Shown here one piece after another: positions 27,705 through 37,758 of a stretch of 64,000 nt of DNA (within the stretch, counting starts at the first letter, position 1; every line of letters begins with the position of its first letter). The position numbers and the translations under genes were made by a program. Below the pieces are notes generated by a model. That model saw nothing but the letters and a program-made list of their open reading frames with translations, ran no database searches and was not told where the DNA came from. The DNA is taken from contig OZ251997.1 in NCBI GenBank assembly GCA_965247095.1, forward strand, positions 2,624,001-2,688,000, given 5' to 3'. Source of the stretch: Candidatus Multivorans sp. Its GTDB lineage: Bacteria; Acidobacteriota; Thermoanaerobaculia; Multivoradales; Multivoraceae.

Positions 27705-28555
27705 GCGGCCGGTTGGACTCGCGTGCGATGCGACGAGCCTGCGCCTGTCTCCTGGCCGGGGTATCCCTGGGCTGTGGCGGCGGCGGGCTGCCGGAGGGCG
27801 TGGTGGCGCGAATCGGCAACCAGGACTTTCGTTACGAGGACTTTCACGGCTACGCTGAGGAGTCCCTTGGCGGGGACGCTTCGCGCTTCGGCAGCGCGGT
27901 GCTTTCCCGGCTCTTCGAGCGCTTCGTCGACGACCAATTGCTCGTGCAGTTGGCGCGGGATCGGGGGCTCGTGGAGGGGGAAGCTACGGTCCACGAGGCC
28001 GCGATGCGGTTGCTCGAGGCGTCAACGCCGGTCGTGTCGTTGTCGGAGATGGAGAGCTACTACGCCGAACACCGGAGTGATTTCGCGCGGCCGCCACGGG
28101 TGCGCCTGCGTCAGATCCTGGTCCAGGATCGAGCCGCCGCCGAGCTGGCGCTGGCAGAGCTCGAAGTGGGCGTGGACTTCGGGGAGGTGGCGCGTCTGCG
28201 TTCCATCGGCCCCAGCGCGTCAGCCGGCGGTCTCCAGGGCGAACTGTCGAGCGAGGATCTTCCCCCGGCGCTCGCCGACGTCGTGTTCGAGCTTGGCGAA
28301 GGAGAATGGAGCGAGCTGCTCGAGGCCGACTACGGCTTTCGCATCTTCCAGGTCGAGCGCCTCTTGCCGGAAGAAACCTTGACGCTCTCGGAGGCGGCGC
28401 CAAGAGTAAGGACCCTGCTGGAGGAGGCGCAAAGCGAAGAGCTCGTCCGAGCCGCCGCCGCCCAAGCCCGGCAGGAGTACAATCTGCGCGTCGCGGTGGA
28501 GCGGTTGCCCTTCGAGTACCACGGCGCGTTCGTGGATCAGGCTGCCGCAGAATGA
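27701..28555 (+). CDS. Parvulin-type peptidyl-prolyl isomerase lipoprotein
   Basis: Lipobox SLGC; VRLRQILV, DFGEVARLRS, GGLQG, YGFRIFQV. Confidence 0.8.
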   Translation: MSGRLDSRAMRRACACLLAGVSLGCGGGGLPEGVVARIGNQDFRYEDFHGYAEESLGGDASRFGSAVLSRLFERFVDDQLLVQLARDRGLVEGEATVHEAAMRLLEASTPVVSLSEMESYYAEHRSDFARPPRVRLRQILVQDRAAAELALAELEVGVDFGEVARLRSIGPSASAGGLQGELSSEDLPPALADVVFELGEGEWSELLEADYGFRIFQVERLLPEETLTLSEAAPRVRTLLEEAQSEELVRAAAAQARQEYNLRVAVERLPFEYHGAFVDQAAAE

Positions 28556-28565
28556 GGTAGTAAAA

Positions 28566-29741
28566 TTGACTCAACGCAGCCTGGGCCCCGCGCCCGGCAG
28601 TTCCTGGTTTGCCGGCCGCCGTATCGCCGGCTCACTCGCCGGCTCGGTGGCGGCCTTGCTGGCCATGGCAGCCCTCCCCGTGGCCGGGCAGTCTTCGCCC
28701 GGCTCGGAGAACCGCGTCGTGCTGCGGGTCAACGACCGCATCGCGACCCTCTACGACTACCAAAGGGCGGTCAACGAGGAGGTCGGCTTGATCCGGAGCG
28801 CTCTCGGACTGACCGAGCCGGAGCGGCAGGAGCGGATCGCCGACGCCGGCCGCTTCGTGATGAAGAGGCTGTTCGAGGAACTGCTGCTCATGTCGCGGGC
28901 GGACCAATTGGCTGTCGTGGTGGACGAGAGCGAAGTCGAGGACCAAATCCGCGCCACCAGGGAGCGTTTCGGGCTCGAGAGCGAGGAGCAGTTCCGTCAG
29001 GCTCTGGCGCAGCAGGGCATGCGGGAGGAGGACTTCCGGGCGCAGACCCGCAAGCGGTTGCGGTCCAACGTCGTCCGGGGCCGGGAGGTGGCGCCCCGGG
29101 TGGTGGTCGAAGATGAAGACATGCGACGGTTCTACCGCGACAACGAGGAGCGTTTCCGCATTCCGGAGCGGGCTCGCTTCGAGGAGGTCGTGGTTCTGGA
29201 GGGTGTGGTTCCAGCCGACCGCATGGCGCTGCTGGCGGCGCTGGCCCGTACGCGGTTGAGGGCCGGCGGTACGGCCGCGGAGGTGGCGGAAGGCCTTGGC
29301 GAAGGTGTGACGGCCGTCGATGTTGGATGGGTGACGGCCGGCGACCTGGCGCCCGCTCTCGATTCCGTTGCCTGGGAGCTCGATGTCGACGGCGTCGGCG
29401 ACGCGATCGCCGCCCGCGGCGGTCTGCATGTTCTGAAGATGCTGGAGCGAACGCCGGCGACGGTTCAGCCGTTCGAGGAGGTCCGCGACGCGATCCAGCA
29501 GGAAGAGCGGAATCGACTGTTCTCCGAGGAGTACGACCTCTACCTGAGCGAACTCGCGGACGCCGCCTACGTTGTCGAACGGCTGCCGGAGGGGGCCGAG
29601 GGATATCGGCCTGTCGAGTCCCCTTCGCTCGACGGCGACGCGCTGGGGCTGCTCGCTCCGTTCGGTCGCGGCGTCCAGGCGCCGGATGTCGACGAGCCGT
29701 CCGGCGATACGGCCGAGGAGACCGACGGGCAACAACGCTGA
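28566..29741 (+). CDS. SurA-like chaperone/PPIase
   Basis: RVVLRVNDRIAT, ELLLMSRA, EEQFRQALAQQG, GLHVLKM, PFEEVRDAI. Confidence 0.8.
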   Translation: MTQRSLGPAPGSSWFAGRRIAGSLAGSVAALLAMAALPVAGQSSPGSENRVVLRVNDRIATLYDYQRAVNEEVGLIRSALGLTEPERQERIADAGRFVMKRLFEELLLMSRADQLAVVVDESEVEDQIRATRERFGLESEEQFRQALAQQGMREEDFRAQTRKRLRSNVVRGREVAPRVVVEDEDMRRFYRDNEERFRIPERARFEEVVVLEGVVPADRMALLAALARTRLRAGGTAAEVAEGLGEGVTAVDVGWVTAGDLAPALDSVAWELDVDGVGDAIAARGGLHVLKMLERTPATVQPFEEVRDAIQQEERNRLFSEEYDLYLSELADAAYVVERLPEGAEGYRPVESPSLDGDALGLLAPFGRGVQAPDVDEPSGDTAEETDGQQR

Positions 29742-29858
29742 CGATCGGCCGGTCGGGGCCCCCGGAAGAGGGGCCTAGCCGTTCGTAGCAGGTCCTCGGG
29801 AGGTCTCTTCGTGGTTCCGGGGTTTGTTCCGGGGTTTTCCTCAATCCTCGCGTGGAGC

Positions 29859-29962
29859 AAAGTGGTCTGAAGTAGACAAGAATGGCCCAGAAGTGGTAAC
29901 GTCGCGCGTCTGAGCGTCAGTTTGTGGGCACTACGCCCACTTCTTGTGGGTACCACACCCAC
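29859..29962 (+). promoter_or_regulatory. dcw promoter region with MraZ-box-like GTGG(G) repeats
   Basis: AAGTGG/AATGG repeats at about 10-bp spacing plus GTGGG...CCCAC motifs immediately upstream of mraZ. Confidence 0.55.
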
Positions 29963-29984
29963 CTGACTCTTCAGGTCGTGAGCG

Positions 29985-30458
29985 ATGTTTCGAGGGCATG
30001 CAGAAGCAAAGATCGACGCGAAGGGCCGCCTGAAGGTCCCGAGCGTGTTCCTGCGCCCGCTGCAGGAGCGTTTCGGTCCCGACATCTTCACCACTTCGCT
30101 GCACGGCGATTGCGCGTGGATCTACCCCCTGCGGCTCTGGGAGCTGGAGGAGCAGCGCATGGCCCGCCTGCCGGCCACCCACAGGCTGCGCCGCAAGTGG
30201 GAGTCCCGGGTCAGCTACTTCGGTCTCCAGAGCCGTCTCGATTCGCAGGGGCGGCTGATGGTCCCGGCGAAGTTGCGAGGACGCGCGGGCATCGAGGGCG
30301 AGGTTGTCATTTTCGGTCGCCCGGACCGCCTTGAGGTCTGGAACCTCGAGCGGATGGAGAACGACCTGGACTCGGAACCGTTCACGGATGGCGAGTTGGA
30401 CGAACTGACCGACGATCTCGAGGCGCTGGATGCGTCCGGCAACAGGGATGTCGACTGA
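29985..30458 (+). CDS. mraZ: Transcriptional regulator MraZ
   Basis: MFRG...IDAKGRLKVP, LDSQGRLMVP, LEVW. Confidence 0.93.
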   Translation: MFRGHAEAKIDAKGRLKVPSVFLRPLQERFGPDIFTTSLHGDCAWIYPLRLWELEEQRMARLPATHRLRRKWESRVSYFGLQSRLDSQGRLMVPAKLRGRAGIEGEVVIFGRPDRLEVWNLERMENDLDSEPFTDGELDELTDDLEALDASGNRDVD

Positions 30459-31434
30459 TGTGGGCGGCGACGGTCAGAAGCCCCGGCACCAGCCCGTCCT
30501 GGTCAGCGAGGCCCTGCGGTTCCTGGCGCCGGAACGCGGCGGTTGGTTCGTCGACTGCACGGTCGGTCTGGGCGGTCATGCCGCGGAACTCCTTGGGCGC
30601 TTTCCCGGCGCGCGAGTGCTCGGCATCGACCGCGACGAGGAAGCCCTGGACCACGCCCGGCGCCGGCTGCGCGAGTTCGGTTCGCGGGTCCTCCTGGTGC
30701 ACGGGAACTTCCATTCGATCGACGAAGTTCTCGCTGAGGTGGGGAGCGGGAAACCAGCGGGAATCCTCGCCGATCTCGGCGTTTCGTCGCTGCAACTCGA
30801 CCAGCCGGAGCGGGGCTTCAGTTTCAGGCGCTCCGGCCCGCTCGACATGCGCATGGATCAATCGACTCGATCGGCAACCACGACTGCGAGGGACATCGTG
30901 AACCTGGAATCCCAGAGCGTGTTGGAGACCGTGCTCCGCGATTACGGCGAGGAGCGCCAAGCCCGCAAGATCGCGCGGGCGATCGTGGAGCGTCGTCGCC
31001 GCGGGCCGATCGAGACCACCGACGACCTGCGCGAACTGGTTCACGAGACGGTTGGGACGTCCAGGGTGAGGCGGGGCCGCGCGATGCCGGGAAGCCGGTC
31101 GATCGATGCCGCGACCAGGACGTTCCAGGCGCTTCGGATCGCCGTCAACGAGGAGTTGTCCGGGTTGGAGCCGGCCCTCGAACGAGCGGTGAATCTGCTC
31201 GAGCGGGACGGCCGGTTGGTCGTCATCTCGTACCACAGTCTGGAAGACCGGATCGTCAAGCACCGGCTCCGCGCCCACGCCGTGGGCGAGGTCGATCCGA
31301 TCACCGGGCGCCCGCGCACCGAAACACGGCTGATCGAACTGATGACCAAGAAGCCGATCCGGCCGCAGCCGAGCGAGGTGGAGTACAACCCCCGGTCGCG
31401 GTCCGCGCGGTTGCGCGCGGCCCGCAGGCTCTAG
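30448..31434 (+). CDS. rsmH: 16S rRNA m4C1402 methyltransferase
   Basis: HQPVL, DCTVGLGGH, DLGVSSLQLD, RGFSF, GPLDMRMD, ISYHSLEDRIVK, NPRSRSARLR. Confidence 0.96.
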   Translation: MSTDVGGDGQKPRHQPVLVSEALRFLAPERGGWFVDCTVGLGGHAAELLGRFPGARVLGIDRDEEALDHARRRLREFGSRVLLVHGNFHSIDEVLAEVGSGKPAGILADLGVSSLQLDQPERGFSFRRSGPLDMRMDQSTRSATTTARDIVNLESQSVLETVLRDYGEERQARKIARAIVERRRRGPIETTDDLRELVHETVGTSRVRRGRAMPGSRSIDAATRTFQALRIAVNEELSGLEPALERAVNLLERDGRLVVISYHSLEDRIVKHRLRAHAVGEVDPITGRPRTETRLIELMTKKPIRPQPSEVEYNPRSRSARLRAARRL

Positions 31435-31461
31435 CAGCGGCAGAGACGGGATCCGTGAACT

Positions 31462-31848
31462 GTGAAAACCGGTTACAGCGTCAGCAAGGAGATCACGAAT
31501 CCCTTCCTCGTGCGCCAGCGGGATCCGGGCCGGCTCCGCGGCCTGTGGCGGCTGGTGGCGATCGTCCTGCCCTTCGCCGGCGCGGTGTTCGCGTACACCT
31601 GGGTACACGAACAGGGTCTGGAGGCCGGCTACCGGATCGAGCAGTTCGAACGGCGCCTGGAGGACCTGCTGCAGGAAGAACGCCTGCTCGAACTGGAGGC
31701 CACGCGGCTCGCGCGGCCTGAGCGGCTGAGGGCGCTGGCGCTGGAACAGCTCGGCATGGCGCCCCCGACGCTGGACCAGATGATCTTCCTGAGTTCGGAG
31801 AGCGCGTCCCTCGTCCAGGCCGGCATCGCGACGGAGGCGGCGCAGTGA
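31462..31848 (+). CDS. ftsL: Cell division protein FtsL
   Basis: Located between rsmH and ftsI; one TM helix plus leucine-zipper coil (LLELEATRLARPERL...LGM). Confidence 0.82.
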   Translation: MKTGYSVSKEITNPFLVRQRDPGRLRGLWRLVAIVLPFAGAVFAYTWVHEQGLEAGYRIEQFERRLEDLLQEERLLELEATRLARPERLRALALEQLGMAPPTLDQMIFLSSESASLVQAGIATEAAQ

Positions 31849-33680
31849 ACGCCCTCGGACCCCGCGCCAGGGGCGCCCGGCGCCGCCACCTCGGAAGGCT
31901 GTTGATCCTGACCACGGTCGCCGGCATCTGGATGGGCGCGATCGGTTGGCGGCTCTTCGATCTGCAGATTCTCGGCGCCGACTCGTACCGGGAGAGCGCG
32001 GCGCGGCAGCAGCGCAGCGAGGTCGTCCTGAACCCCAAGCGCGGGACGATCTACGACTCGCGCGGCAGAACCATGGCGGTGTCGGTCGAGACCCGGACGC
32101 TCTATGCCGAAACCGCCAAGGTGGACGATCCGCCGACGCTGGCCGCCTACATTGCTCCGTTGGTGGGCCGCACCGAGGAACGGATCGAGGCGCTGCTGCA
32201 GAAGCCCGGGCACGTGCCGCTGGCGCGGAAGCTCGACCGCGCCCTGGCCGACGGCATCGACCTGTCCGCGTTCCCGGGCCTCTACTTCCTGGCCGAGAGC
32301 AAGCGCGAGTACCCGATGGGTTCGCTGATGGCTCATGTGCTTGGCTTCGTCGGTACGGACACCAGCCTCGCCGGTATCGAACTCAAGTACGACGGCGAGG
32401 TCGCGGGTGAGTCGGTCAAAAGGCACGTACTCCGGGATGGCCAGCAGCGGTTGGTCGTCGTCGCCGGTTCGTTGGGCGAACCGAAGCCGGGGGCGGACCT
32501 CCACCTGACCATCGACGCGACGATCCAGCACCTGGCGGAGCGGGCCCTGCGGGAGACGATCGAGTGGTCGAAGGCCAAGGCCGGCAACGTGGTGATTCTG
32601 GCGCCGGAGGATTCGGCGGTGCTGGCGATGGCCTCCTATCCGGCCTTCGACCCGAACCAGTTCGGCGACTTCGGTCCCGAGGAGCTCCGGAACAGGGCGA
32701 TCCAGGATTCGTATGAGCCGGGCTCGACGTTCAAGACGATCACGGTGGCGGGAGCGTTCCAGCGGCAGGTTGTTCACGCCGACCAGATCATGGATTGCGG
32801 CAATGGCCGGATTCGCGTCGGCAGGGCGCGGATCAAGGACCACAAGCCCTTTCCCGAACTCACCTTCCGCACGGCGATCGCCAAGTCGAGCAACGTCTGC
32901 GCGATCAAGGCAGGGCTCCTGGCCGGTGAGCAGACGATGCAGGACCTCGTGGCGGCCTTCGGGTTCGGCCAGACCACCGGCATCGACATCGGTGGCGAGC
33001 ATCCGGGCATCGTGCCGCTCCGGGTCTGGGATCGCGAAACGACAGCGTATGCCTCGTTCGGCTACGGCTTGGCGGTGACGCCCCTCCAGCTTGCGAACGC
33101 CTACGCGGCGGTTGCCAACGGCGGGGTGTGGAACCAGCCGTACATCGTGCGCTCCCTGGAGCGCGAAGGTGAGATCGTCGACCAGCGTCCCAAGGATCGC
33201 AGCCGGCGCGTGATCTCGAAGTCGACCGCGTACGAGGTCATCCGCCTGCTCGAGGAAGTGGTCGTGAGCGGCACCGGCCGCAAGGCCGCCATCGCCGGCT
33301 ACCGCGTAGCCGGCAAGACGGGAACGGCCGAGAAGTCGGACTCGGAGGGCTACTCGGAGACCGGTCGCGTCGCTGGTTTCGTCGGTATCGCTCCCGCCCG
33401 GGCGCCCCGACTGGTCTGTCTGGTGATGATCGACGAGCCGACCGTCGCCACCGGTGGCGGTGAAGTCGCGGCGCCGGCCTTCCAACGCATCGTCAGCGAG
33501 GCGTTGTTCTACCTCGGTGCGACGCCTTCGCGGCAGCCGATGGGTTGGAGCCAGCCGGTGTGGCTGCGGCCGGCCGAGCCGGCGGACGTCAAGGTCGCCG
33601 ACGCGGTCGCCGAAGAGGAGGTGAAGCAGGAGGACACGGGGACGGAAGGCGAGCTGTGGACGGCAAAGGCTTCGAGCTGA
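31845..33680 (+). CDS. ftsI: Penicillin-binding protein 3 (class B)
   Basis: RGTIYD, REYPMG, EPGSTFK (SxxK), SSN, GKTGTA. Confidence 0.93.
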   Translation: MNALGPRARGARRRHLGRLLILTTVAGIWMGAIGWRLFDLQILGADSYRESAARQQRSEVVLNPKRGTIYDSRGRTMAVSVETRTLYAETAKVDDPPTLAAYIAPLVGRTEERIEALLQKPGHVPLARKLDRALADGIDLSAFPGLYFLAESKREYPMGSLMAHVLGFVGTDTSLAGIELKYDGEVAGESVKRHVLRDGQQRLVVVAGSLGEPKPGADLHLTIDATIQHLAERALRETIEWSKAKAGNVVILAPEDSAVLAMASYPAFDPNQFGDFGPEELRNRAIQDSYEPGSTFKTITVAGAFQRQVVHADQIMDCGNGRIRVGRARIKDHKPFPELTFRTAIAKSSNVCAIKAGLLAGEQTMQDLVAAFGFGQTTGIDIGGEHPGIVPLRVWDRETTAYASFGYGLAVTPLQLANAYAAVANGGVWNQPYIVRSLEREGEIVDQRPKDRSRRVISKSTAYEVIRLLEEVVVSGTGRKAAIAGYRVAGKTGTAEKSDSEGYSETGRVAGFVGIAPARAPRLVCLVMIDEPTVATGGGEVAAPAFQRIVSEALFYLGATPSRQPMGWSQPVWLRPAEPADVKVADAVAEEEVKQEDTGTEGELWTAKASS

Positions 33681-35227
33681 TGAGACTCGGCGACGCGATC
33701 GCCGACCTGCCGCTGCGGTCACCGCTGGGCCTTGCCGCCGCCGAGACGGAAGTCATGGGCGTTCAGCACGACTCCCGCCGGGTTGTGAGCGGCGATCTGT
33801 TCGTCGCCTGGCGAGGCGACCTCCACGACGGTCGTGTCTTCGCTCCGGACGCGGTGGCGCGCGGCGCCGCGGCGGTACTGGCCTTCGGCCCGCCGCCGGC
33901 CCCGCCGACCGTACCGTGGCTGGAGGTCGATGATCCCCGTGCCCGCATGGGGCGGGTGGCCGCGAGGCTCTACGGCCACCCGGAACGGGAACTTGTGACC
34001 GTCGGCGTCACCGGCACCAACGGCAAGAGCACGACGTCCCAGTTGATCGGCGCCTGTCTGACCCGGTCGGGTCGTTCCGCCGCAGTGGTCGGAACCCTCG
34101 GCCGCACGGTCCATCGGCCGGGTTCCGCGCCGGCGGCCTTCGAGCCCCTGAGCCGGGCGGCGGAGGACCGCACCACGCCGGAGAGCAGTGACCTGTTCCG
34201 GATGTTGCGCCGGGCCGTGGACCTGGGCGCGCGGTCGGCGGCGATCGAGGTCTCGTCCCACGCCCTCGACCAGGGTCGCATGAACGGCATGAGGTTCGAC
34301 GCCGCGGTGTTCACGAACCTGACCAGAGACCATCTCGATTACCACCCGTCGTTCGAGGCCTACTTTGCGGCCAAGCGCCGCCTGTTCTCCCTGCTCCGGC
34401 TCGAGGGCGCGGCGGTGCTCAACGTCGACGACGAGTACGGCCGTCGTCTGGCGTCGGAGCTCCAGGACAGCGGCAGGGTCGTGCGGTTCAGCGCCTCCGG
34501 ACGCCGGGACGCCGAGGTGCGAGTGGTCCGCGCCGACCTCGATCTTGCCGGGATTCGCGCCGAGATCGAGACGCCCGCGGGCCTCATCGCCCTGAACAGC
34601 CCACTTCTCGGCCGGTTCAACCTCGAGAACCTGGCCGCGGCCGTGGCCGCGGCCGGGGCCCTCGGCGTCTCCGCCGAAGCCATTCGCGACGCGGTAGCCG
34701 ACCAGCCGCCGCTCTCCGGCCGGCTGGAGCCGGTGGAGCGTGGTCAGGAGTTTCCCGTTCTCGTCGACTACGCCCACACGGACGGGGGTCTGCGCGCGGC
34801 CCTGGCGGCGGTGCGCGAACTGAGCGACCGGCGCATTGCCGTCGTGTTCGGCTGCGGCGGCGACCGCGACCGCGGCAAGCGGGAGCTGATGGGACGCGCG
34901 GCGGGAGAACTCGCGGATCTCGCGATCGTCACCGACGACAACCCGCGGAGCGAGGAACCGGCGCTTATTCATGCCGCGATCGTGGCTGGTCTCGAGGCGG
35001 CTCGGGGTTGTGCCTGGGAAGTCGTCGCGGGCCGGCGCGAGGCGATTCGGCGGGCCGTCTCGGTGGCGGCGGCGGCGCCGGGGTGGACGGTCCTGGTTGC
35101 CGGCAAGGGCCACGAGGCGACGCAAACGATCGGTGCCCTCAAGGTGCCCTTTCGTGACCGCGATGAGTTGGAGTCGGCCCTGAACGCACTGAACGGGGAG
35201 CTCGAGGGTGAGACGACCCCTTGCTGA
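33680..35227 (+). CDS. murE: UDP-MurNAc-tripeptide synthetase (meso-DAP type)
   Basis: GVTGTNGKST, EVSSHAL, NLTRDHLDYH, DYAHT, DNPR, AGKGHE. Confidence 0.95.
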   Translation: MRLGDAIADLPLRSPLGLAAAETEVMGVQHDSRRVVSGDLFVAWRGDLHDGRVFAPDAVARGAAAVLAFGPPPAPPTVPWLEVDDPRARMGRVAARLYGHPERELVTVGVTGTNGKSTTSQLIGACLTRSGRSAAVVGTLGRTVHRPGSAPAAFEPLSRAAEDRTTPESSDLFRMLRRAVDLGARSAAIEVSSHALDQGRMNGMRFDAAVFTNLTRDHLDYHPSFEAYFAAKRRLFSLLRLEGAAVLNVDDEYGRRLASELQDSGRVVRFSASGRRDAEVRVVRADLDLAGIRAEIETPAGLIALNSPLLGRFNLENLAAAVAAAGALGVSAEAIRDAVADQPPLSGRLEPVERGQEFPVLVDYAHTDGGLRAALAAVRELSDRRIAVVFGCGGDRDRGKRELMGRAAGELADLAIVTDDNPRSEEPALIHAAIVAGLEAARGCAWEVVAGRREAIRRAVSVAAAAPGWTVLVAGKGHEATQTIGALKVPFRDRDELESALNALNGELEGETTPC

Positions 35228-36677
35228 TGCGGCCAGGATCATGAACGGCTGCCTGATCGGAGAGGTTGACCCCGGCGCCTGTTACCAGGGCGGGGCGATC
35301 GACTCGCGCCGGATCGAGGGCGGCGAACTGTTCTTCGCGCTGCCCGGTGAGCGGACCGACGGCCATCGCTTCGTGGCCGACGCCCTGGCCGCGGGCGCAG
35401 CGGCCTCGGTGGTGGCGGTGCCGGTCGACCGGGCGGGGGGCCCCCAGATCCGGGTCGACGACGTGACGACTGCGCTCCACGATCTGACCCGAGACCATCG
35501 CCGGCAGCTCAAGGCCCGGGTCGCGTCGGTCACCGGCTCGGCCGGCAAGACGACGACCAAGGATCTGCTGGCCCTGCTGCTCGGCGAATGCTGGCGGGTT
35601 CACAAGAGTCCGGGCAATCTGAACAACCTTCTCGGCTTCCCGCTCACGCTGCTTGCCGTAGACGAGGACTGCGAGTGGTTGGTGGCTGAGATGGGGATGT
35701 CGGCGCCCGGCGAGCTGGCCGCGGTCAGCCGGCTAGGCCGGCCGGACGTGGCGGTGTTCACGAACGTCCGACCGGCGCACCTCGCCGGCTTCGAGCAGGA
35801 GGGTGGCGTTGCCGCGGGCATGGAGGCAGTTGCCCGGGCCAAGGCGGAGCTGCTGGAGGGGCTCGCCGACGACGGGTTGGTCGTCGCGAACGCCGGCGAC
35901 CCCCACGTCGTGGCCCTCGTGGAGCGGTACCTGGCCGAACGTGCCGAACGTGCCGAACGTCCGGAAAGCGACCGCGCCGGTGCGGCCGGGCGCGTCGTCT
36001 GGTTCGAGGTGGCGCCCGTGGCCGCCAAGACCCCCGTTGCCGAGGTCACAGCACGTGGCCTCGAGCCGCTGGCGGGAGAACCGGGAACGCGCTTCGTGCT
36101 CGAACGGGGCGGCGCCAAAGCGCTCGTCGAGTTGCCCCTGCACGGCTGGGTCAACGTCGAGAACTTCCTGGCCGCCGCGGCCTGTGCCCTTCGCCTCGGC
36201 GTGCCGATCGAGCGCGTGGCTGCAGCCGCGCGCCGGCCGACATCCGCGGCCGGACGCGGCCAAGTGGTCTCGCTGTCCTCGGGCGCGACCCTGGTCGACG
36301 ACTCGTACAACTCGAACCCGGAAGCCGCGCAGCTTGCGCTTCAGGCCGCTCGCCTGCTCGACGGCCGGCGCCACGTGGCGATCCTGGGGGAGATGCTCGA
36401 GCTCGGCAGCGCCGAACGCCGCTACCACCGGGAACTGGGCAGCGCCGCCGCCGATCTGGGATTCGACCTGGTCGTGGGCGTTGGCGGGTTGACGACCGAT
36501 CTGCTGGCGGCCGCGGCCGAGGGCGGCGCGGAGACCGTCTGGTTCGAGGACTCGCTCGCCGCGAGCGCCGGCACGCCAGCCCTGATCAGGGACGGCGATG
36601 TGGTGCTGGTCAAGGGTTCGCGCGGCTCGGCGCTCGAGCATGTCGTCGGGGCGCTGAGGCAGGAAGGGGCGAACTGA
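35208..36677 (+). CDS. murF: UDP-MurNAc-pentapeptide synthetase
   Basis: TGSAGKTTTK, NNLLGFP, EMGM, DDSYNSNP, GEMLELG, VKGSRG. Confidence 0.95.
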   Translation: MRRPLADAARIMNGCLIGEVDPGACYQGGAIDSRRIEGGELFFALPGERTDGHRFVADALAAGAAASVVAVPVDRAGGPQIRVDDVTTALHDLTRDHRRQLKARVASVTGSAGKTTTKDLLALLLGECWRVHKSPGNLNNLLGFPLTLLAVDEDCEWLVAEMGMSAPGELAAVSRLGRPDVAVFTNVRPAHLAGFEQEGGVAAGMEAVARAKAELLEGLADDGLVVANAGDPHVVALVERYLAERAERAERPESDRAGAAGRVVWFEVAPVAAKTPVAEVTARGLEPLAGEPGTRFVLERGGAKALVELPLHGWVNVENFLAAAACALRLGVPIERVAAAARRPTSAAGRGQVVSLSSGATLVDDSYNSNPEAAQLALQAARLLDGRRHVAILGEMLELGSAERRYHRELGSAAADLGFDLVVGVGGLTTDLLAAAAEGGAETVWFEDSLAASAGTPALIRDGDVVLVKGSRGSALEHVVGALRQEGAN

Positions 36678-37753
36678 TGCTGCTCGACCTGCTGTTGCCG
36701 CTCGGCGAGAGGATGGCGCCCTTCAACGTCGTCCAGTACATCACCTTCCGCTGCGCCTGCGCCGCGTTGACGGGTGTCGTGCTGAGCCTGATGCTGGGCC
36801 CCAGTTTCATCCGCGCCGCGCGGCGCCTCTCGATCGGACAGGCGATCCGCGAGGAAGGCCCGGAACGGCACAAGAGCAAGGCAGGCACCCCGACCATGGG
36901 CGGATTGCTCATCCTCGTCGCGGTGATCGTGCCGACCCTGCTGTGGTCCGACCTTTCGAACGTCTACGTCTGGCTTGCGGTCGGCACGACGATCGCGCTG
37001 GGCGCCGTCGGCTTCGTCGACGACCTGCTCAAGGTCCGGCGGCGCCACAGCAAGGGTCTGGGCATGAAGGCGAAGTTCGGCCTGCAGCTCGCGGTGGGCG
37101 CGGCTCTCGGCGCCGGCCTGGTCCACCTGACGGATCTCGACTTGAACCTGAGCTTCCCCTTCTTCAAGACCCTGATGATCGAACTCGGGCCGTTCTACAT
37201 TCCCTTCGTCGCCATCCTGATCGCCGGTTCCTCCAATGCGGTGAACCTCACCGATGGGCTCGACGGCCTGGCGATCGGCGCCACCCTGGTGGCGGCAGCC
37301 ACCTACGCGGTCTTCGCCTACATCGCGGGCAACTCGATCGCCGCCCGCTACCTGCAGGTGTCCTACGTCGCTGGGGCAGGCGAGGTCGCGATCATCTGCT
37401 CCGCCCTGGTCGGGGCCAGCCTCGGCTTCCTGTGGTTCAACGCCCATCCGGCGCAGGTGTTCATGGGCGACGTCGGCTCGCTCGCGATCGGCGGCACGAT
37501 CGGCGCGGTCGCGGTCCTCTCCAAGCAGGAACTGCTGCTGGTGCTGGTCGGCGGACTGTTCGTGATCGAGGCGCTGTCGGTGATCGTCCAGGTGGCGTCC
37601 TACAAGACGACCGGGCGCCGGGTTCTGCTCATGGCGCCGCTCCACCACCACTTCGAACTCCGCGGCTGGAGCGAGAACCAGGTCATCGTGCGGTTCTGGA
37701 TTCTCGCCGTCCTGTTCGCCTTTCTCGGGCTTTCGACCCTGAAGTTGAGGTAG
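36677..37753 (+). CDS. mraY: Phospho-MurNAc-pentapeptide transferase
   Basis: KAGTPTMGG, NAVNLTDGLDGLA, FMGDVGS, MAPLHHHFE. Confidence 0.97.
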   Translation: MLLDLLLPLGERMAPFNVVQYITFRCACAALTGVVLSLMLGPSFIRAARRLSIGQAIREEGPERHKSKAGTPTMGGLLILVAVIVPTLLWSDLSNVYVWLAVGTTIALGAVGFVDDLLKVRRRHSKGLGMKAKFGLQLAVGAALGAGLVHLTDLDLNLSFPFFKTLMIELGPFYIPFVAILIAGSSNAVNLTDGLDGLAIGATLVAAATYAVFAYIAGNSIAARYLQVSYVAGAGEVAIICSALVGASLGFLWFNAHPAQVFMGDVGSLAIGGTIGAVAVLSKQELLLVLVGGLFVIEALSVIVQVASYKTTGRRVLLMAPLHHHFELRGWSENQVIVRFWILAVLFAFLGLSTLKLR

Positions 37754-37758
37754 CGGCA

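Noticed and set aside
35934-35960. GCCGAACGT x3 (AER repeat) in murF
   Set aside because: In-frame 9-bp slippage in a variable loop; no sign of phase variation.
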